A DNA stretch of 40,497 nucleotides, from contig DRHN01000450.1 in the NCBI GenBank assembly GCA_011049595.1, positions 1 to 40,497 of the forward strand, in the 5' to 3' direction. The translations under genes were made by a program, and so were the position numbers. The notes beneath the pieces were generated by a model. The model made no database searches. It was not told where the DNA came from and saw nothing but the letters and a program-made list of their open reading frames with translations. This DNA is from Spirochaetota bacterium (GTDB taxonomy: Bacteria > Spirochaetota > B62-G9 > DRHN01). Shown here piece by piece: positions 36,867 to 40,497 of this stretch. Numbering within the stretch: position 1 is the stretch's first letter; the number at the start of each line of letters is the position of its first letter.

Positions 36867-37015
36867 TTAGTTCTTGGTGAACAATTCACCAACTCACTTT
36901 ATTGAGCCGTCTCACCGCGACTAATTAGTTCTATTTAACTTTTTATGTTTAACTAGGTAATAATTTAAAATTTACTTGAATTATTAAAAAACACAAATTG
37001 TGCACCAAGAACTAA
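36867..37015. mobile_element. MITE-like element (149 bp, 20-bp terminal inverted repeats)
   Basis: TTAGTTCTTGGTGAACAATT (36867-36886) versus the reverse complement of 36996-37015 (TTAGTTCTTGGTGCACAATT): 19/20 identical. Non-coding AT-rich interior. Confidence 0.65.
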
Positions 37016-37045
37016 TTATTGATCGGGTGATTGTTTCGGGAAAAA

Positions 37046-37774
37046 TTACACACCGCCGAAACGCCTTTCCCTTCTCCTGTAGTCAGAGATCGCCCCAAGG
37101 AAAACCTCGGCGCTGAAATCCGGCCACAGTACGTCCGTCACCCAGATCTCGGTGTACGCGATCTGCCACAGAAGAAAATTGCTGACCCTCATTTCACCGC
37201 CCGTGCGTATCAACAGGTCAGGGTCCGGCATTCCATGGGTAAAAAGAAAACTCTCGATTTTATCCTCGGTGATATCAGATACCTTTATCTCATCCTGCCG
37301 AACGAGAGTACAGAGCTGTTTGACAGCATTTGTCAGCTCGCTTCTGCCGCTGTAGTTGAAAGCGATGTTTAAATACAGTTTTCGTTCGACCGCGTTATTT
37401 CTTTCCATGTTTTTAATTATTTTAATTATGAACGGGGGGAGGTTTTCGGTGTCACCCAGATGAACGAAATAAACGCCTTTGCTCTTTAACCGGTTAAACT
37501 CTCTATTAAAAAATACTTCTGAGAGTTTCATAATACCGCTGACTTCTTTACCGGGCCGCTTCCAGTTTTCTTTTGAAAACGCGTATATGGTAAAATATTT
37601 TACACCCAGCTCCAGACATTTTTCAACGATTTCCCTTACGCGCCCTGCACCTACCCTGTGGCCCTCTGTCCTGGGCAGCCCGTGCTTTTTGGCCCACCTT
37701 CCGTTGCCATCCATTATAACCGCAACATGATCCGGTATTTTTCTTTCAGTTTCTGTCAGGTCCTGTTCTCTCAC
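37046..37774 (-). CDS. uppS: Undecaprenyl/polyprenyl diphosphate synthase
   Basis: HVAVIMDGNGRWA, YAFSKENW.R and DLLIRTGGE.R.SNFLLWQ motifs. Confidence 0.96.
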   Translation of the reverse strand: MREQDLTETERKIPDHVAVIMDGNGRWAKKHGLPRTEGHRVGAGRVREIVEKCLELGVKYFTIYAFSKENWKRPGKEVSGIMKLSEVFFNREFNRLKSKGVYFVHLGDTENLPPFIIKIIKNMERNNAVERKLYLNIAFNYSGRSELTNAVKQLCTLVRQDEIKVSDITEDKIESFLFTHGMPDPDLLIRTGGEMRVSNFLLWQIAYTEIWVTDVLWPDFSAEVFLGAISDYRRRERRFGGV

Positions 37775-38332
37775 CTAAATTTCCATGATCTCCGTTTCTT
37801 TTATTTCCATAAGTTTGTTCAGCTCGTCGATATATTCATCAGTTATTTTTTGAATATCTATTAATACTTTCTTTGAGTCGTCTTTACTTATATGGTCTTT
37901 CTTTTCGGCCTCTTTTACCTCTTCGTTGCCGTCTCTTCTAATGTTTCTTATCGCGACCCGTGTGTCTTCTGTCTTTCCTTTTGCGATCTTCACAAGCTCT
38001 TTCCGTCTTTCCTCTGTCAGAGGCGGAATTGAGATCCGGATCACTTTTCCGTCATTGCTCGGATTGAGCATTAGGTCCGATTTATGGAACGCTTTCTCTA
38101 TAAAAGGAAGGGCCCCTTTGTCCCACGGCTGTATCACGACAAGTCTCGGTTCAGGCGCCGATATTCCGGCGATCTGTCTCAACGGAATTCTGTTCCCGTA
38201 GTACTCAACCATCAATCCTTCGACAAGTGAAGTGCTGGCCCTGCCTGACCTGATTTTTTTAAAATCTTCATTTAAACTTTCTACCGACTTGTCCATCCGC
38301 TGTCGTACTTTCTTTTTGATCTCTTCATACAT
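37775..38332 (-). CDS. frr: Ribosome recycling factor
   Basis: IRSGRA, IQPWD, PPLTEERRKEL and RNIRRD motifs. Confidence 0.97.
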   Translation of the reverse strand: MYEEIKKKVRQRMDKSVESLNEDFKKIRSGRASTSLVEGLMVEYYGNRIPLRQIAGISAPEPRLVVIQPWDKGALPFIEKAFHKSDLMLNPSNDGKVIRISIPPLTEERRKELVKIAKGKTEDTRVAIRNIRRDGNEEVKEAEKKDHISKDDSKKVLIDIQKITDEYIDELNKLMEIKETEIMEI

Positions 38333-38335
38333 GGC

Positions 38336-39058
38336 TCACTCCTTTATATAGGTTCCAAGGTTATCACCCATAACTATCCTGACGATATTGCCGCTTTGAT
38401 TAATGTTGAATACTCTAACAGGCAGATTCCCATCCCTGCACAGAGAAATTGCCGTCATGTCCATCACTGTTAGATTTCTATCAAGCACGTCGTTGTATGT
38501 GAGAGTTTTGTAAAACCTGGCATCATCGTGAACTTCAGGGTCTTTGTCAAATACCCCGTCTACTTTTGTTGCCTTTATAAACACCTGGGCGTTTATCTCG
38601 AGAGCCCTGAGCGCGGCCGCAGTGTCGGTTGTAAAATATGGGTTCCCTGTTCCGGCAGCGAAAATGACAATAGTTTTATCAGATAAATAAAAAGCGGTCT
38701 TATTTAGGTCAATACTCTCTGTCACGGTGTCGATGTGAAGGGCTGACTGAAGTATAACCGGGGCGCCGATTGATTTAAGGATACTCTCGAAAAGCAGGCC
38801 GTTTATTATGGTCGCTGTCATTCCCATGTAATCGGACATGTTTCTATCCAGCCCGTATCCTGCCAGCTTTTCACCTCTTATGATGTTTCCACCGCCGATC
38901 ACCAGGCCGATCTCGACACCCTTCTTTTGAACCAGCGCGATCTCCGACGCAATTCTTTTAACGATTTCAAGATCAAACACAGAGTCGGGGCCTCCAATAG
39001 CCTCTCCGCTTATTTTTAGAAGTACCCGTTTATACTTCGGCTTTCTATTCTTCTCCAA
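38336..39058 (-). CDS. pyrH: UMP kinase
   Basis: LLKISGEA, GGGNI.RG, GTGNPYFTTD and VMD.TA motifs. Confidence 0.97.
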   Translation of the reverse strand: MEKNRKPKYKRVLLKISGEAIGGPDSVFDLEIVKRIASEIALVQKKGVEIGLVIGGGNIIRGEKLAGYGLDRNMSDYMGMTATIINGLLFESILKSIGAPVILQSALHIDTVTESIDLNKTAFYLSDKTIVIFAAGTGNPYFTTDTAAALRALEINAQVFIKATKVDGVFDKDPEVHDDARFYKTLTYNDVLDRNLTVMDMTAISLCRDGNLPVRVFNINQSGNIVRIVMGDNLGTYIKE

Positions 39059-39896
39059 GTTTGAACCTCGCCAGCCTCTCTATAGTAAATTTACCTTTTA
39101 TTTTCTCCTCTGTTTGTTTGAGATATTTACCAACTGTCAGGTCGCTGTCCTTGACATACTTTTGCTCCAGGAGGCACATCTGCGCAAAAAACTTTTCCAA
39201 TCTTCCTGCTACTATCTTTTCGATTATTTTTTCCGGTTTGCCGCTGTCTCCGGCCTGCTTTGAAAGCGCCTTCTTTTGATCCTCGACCACATCCGCCGGG
39301 ACATCGTCCCTTGATACTGCTATGGGATCCATTGATGCAATCTGAAGCACGACATTGTCAATAAACTCTTTAAAGTCTTCATGCTGACCGACAGCCTCGT
39401 CATCAATCTTGAGCTCTATTATTACACCGACTTTTCCGCCGAGATGAATATAGGAGTGAAGGACGCTTAAACTTTCGTCACTTTTCTTAAAACGCTCTAT
39501 CTTACGTAGAACTATATTTTCACCGAAAGAAGCTATCGCTTCCTTAACACCGGTCTTCACTTTTTCGGAAAGATTCTCGGCGCCTTCATCAAGGACCGCG
39601 AGGGCAGTTTTCTGTACGAAATCCGTGTATTTATCTGTCCTCGAGACAAAATCAGTTTCACAGTTCACCTCAATCATTACGACCTCACTGCCGCCGCTGC
39701 TGTAGACAACTGTTATTATCCCTTCTTTTACCTCTCTTGTGCTCCTTTTTTTTGCTTCCGCGAGACCCTTTTCTCTTAAAAACTTTACAGCTTTATCAAT
39801 ATCGCCGTTGCTTTCGGCCAGCGCCTTTTTACACTCCATTATACCGGCACCGGTTTTTTCGCGAAGCGTTTTAACGTCCTGAGCGCTAATGGTCAA
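39045..39896 (-). CDS. tsf: Elongation factor Ts
   Basis: VKTLREKTGAGIMECKKAL, EVNCETDFV and RFKLGE motifs. TTG start after GGAGG. Confidence 0.97.
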   Translation of the reverse strand: MTISAQDVKTLREKTGAGIMECKKALAESNGDIDKAVKFLREKGLAEAKKRSTREVKEGIITVVYSSGGSEVVMIEVNCETDFVSRTDKYTDFVQKTALAVLDEGAENLSEKVKTGVKEAIASFGENIVLRKIERFKKSDESLSVLHSYIHLGGKVGVIIELKIDDEAVGQHEDFKEFIDNVVLQIASMDPIAVSRDDVPADVVEDQKKALSKQAGDSGKPEKIIEKIVAGRLEKFFAQMCLLEQKYVKDSDLTVGKYLKQTEEKIKGKFTIERLARFKLGEE

Positions 39897-39941
39897 TTTA
39901 GACCTCCCTCGAAATATTTGTCACCCTTTATCTGTAGCTTC

Positions 39942-40496
39942 TTATTTTTCGGAATCCTTTTTTTCACCAGTTTCCTTTGAGTCAGCTGCATTTTCTTCGG
40001 CTGCCGGCTCTTCTGCTCTTTCCTCAGCCTCCGGCGCCGCTTTTTCTTCGGCTGCCGGCTCTTCTGCTCTTTCCTCAGCCTCCGGCGCCGCTTTTTCCTC
40101 GGCTGCCGGCTCTTCTGCGCTTTCCTCAGCCTCCGGCGCCGCTTTTTCCTCGGCTGCCGGCTCTTCGGAAGAAGGTGCTGTTTCTTTTTTTTGTTCACGT
40201 TCCTTCACATCAATTTGATCCGGTATTTCATCTTCTGCTGCGGCCCTGTCAGGCTCATCCGCAGGTACGGTTTTTTTCGCGCCTCCGTCAACCATTATTT
40301 CATCGGATAGATCCTCCTCTTCCGATAAATACCCCTCCTCCTCTATCGCGTCAGCCTTCGCTTCTTCCTCCTCGAGAGAAATAATTTTTGTTTCCTCGGC
40401 AATCTCTAATTTACCTGCTTCATTTTGTCCTTCGATTACTGCAGAAGAAACTATAGAAGCGAAAAGGTTTATCGCCCTGATAGCATCATCATTACC
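39942..40496 (-). CDS. rpsB: 30S ribosomal protein S2 (3' part; 5' end outside window) with long acidic tail
   Basis: The frame from 40496 reads GNDDAIRAINLFASIVSSAVIEG and stays open to the stop at 39942; canonical position upstream of tsf. Confidence 0.93.
   Translation of the reverse strand, partial: GNDDAIRAINLFASIVSSAVIEGQNEAGKLEIAEETKIISLEEEEAKADAIEEEGYLSEEEDLSDEIMVDGGAKKTVPADEPDRAAAEDEIPDQIDVKEREQKKETAPSSEEPAAEEKAAPEAEESAEEPAAEEKAAPEAEERAEEPAAEEKAAPEAEERAEEPAAEENAADSKETGEKKDSEK
39991..40166. repeat. Coding tandem repeat, 51-bp unit x ~3.5, in the rpsB tail
   Basis: Units start at 39991, 40042, 40093 and 40144; they encode EEPAAEEKAAPEAEE(S/R)A. Confidence 0.92.
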
Positions 40497-40497
40497 G

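Noticed and set aside
402-38201. Numerous short opposite-strand ORFs in the track (e.g. 4277-4885, 6672-7136, 34468-34920)
   Set aside because: They lie antisense to well-supported genes and show no recognisable motifs.
39991-40166. Possible CRISPR array
   Set aside because: Contiguous 51-bp units have no unique spacers, are in frame within rpsB, and there are no cas genes.
39889-40384. Arg/Lys-rich ORF 39893-40198 and plus-strand ORFs 39889-40218 and 39977-40384
   Set aside because: Alternative-frame or antisense shadows of the rpsB repeat.

Overview
Bacterial chromosomal window, probably Spirochaetota (inferred from the solute-binding protein N-terminus and the membrane-anchored PilZ protein). 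It has two parts. (1) 1-27 kb is an accessory sugar/sugar-acid catabolic island. Two leftward sigma-54 operons share a palindromic enhancer for a PrpR-type activator. They encode an ABC sugar importer, Zn/SDR dehydrogenases, a split transketolase, a DUF1537 kinase, PdxA2, a Tdh-like enzyme and an HD protein. A divergent operon encodes an FGGY kinase, E1 alpha/beta, a lipoyl protein, YjbQ and RpiR. The island has four ThDP E1-type alpha/beta sets: two intact and two destroyed by deletions. It has two free-standing lipoyl domains and no E2 catalytic core or E3. (2) 27-40.5 kb is a leftward housekeeping string: rpsB(3' part)-tsf-pyrH-frr-uppS-[MITE-like]-cdsA-rseP-DUF3108-PilZ-yihY-tsaE-tsaB ... 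ogg. Between tsaB and ogg lies a tightly overlapping three-gene module: a DCD/EVE-like + CHAT (caspase-like) protein, an atypical sigma-70/ECF factor, and a soluble zinc-finger anti-sigma-like protein. This module is the best candidate for an undescribed system. No rRNA, tRNA, CRISPR array or transposase was seen. All family calls are from motif recognition by eye; no database search was run.
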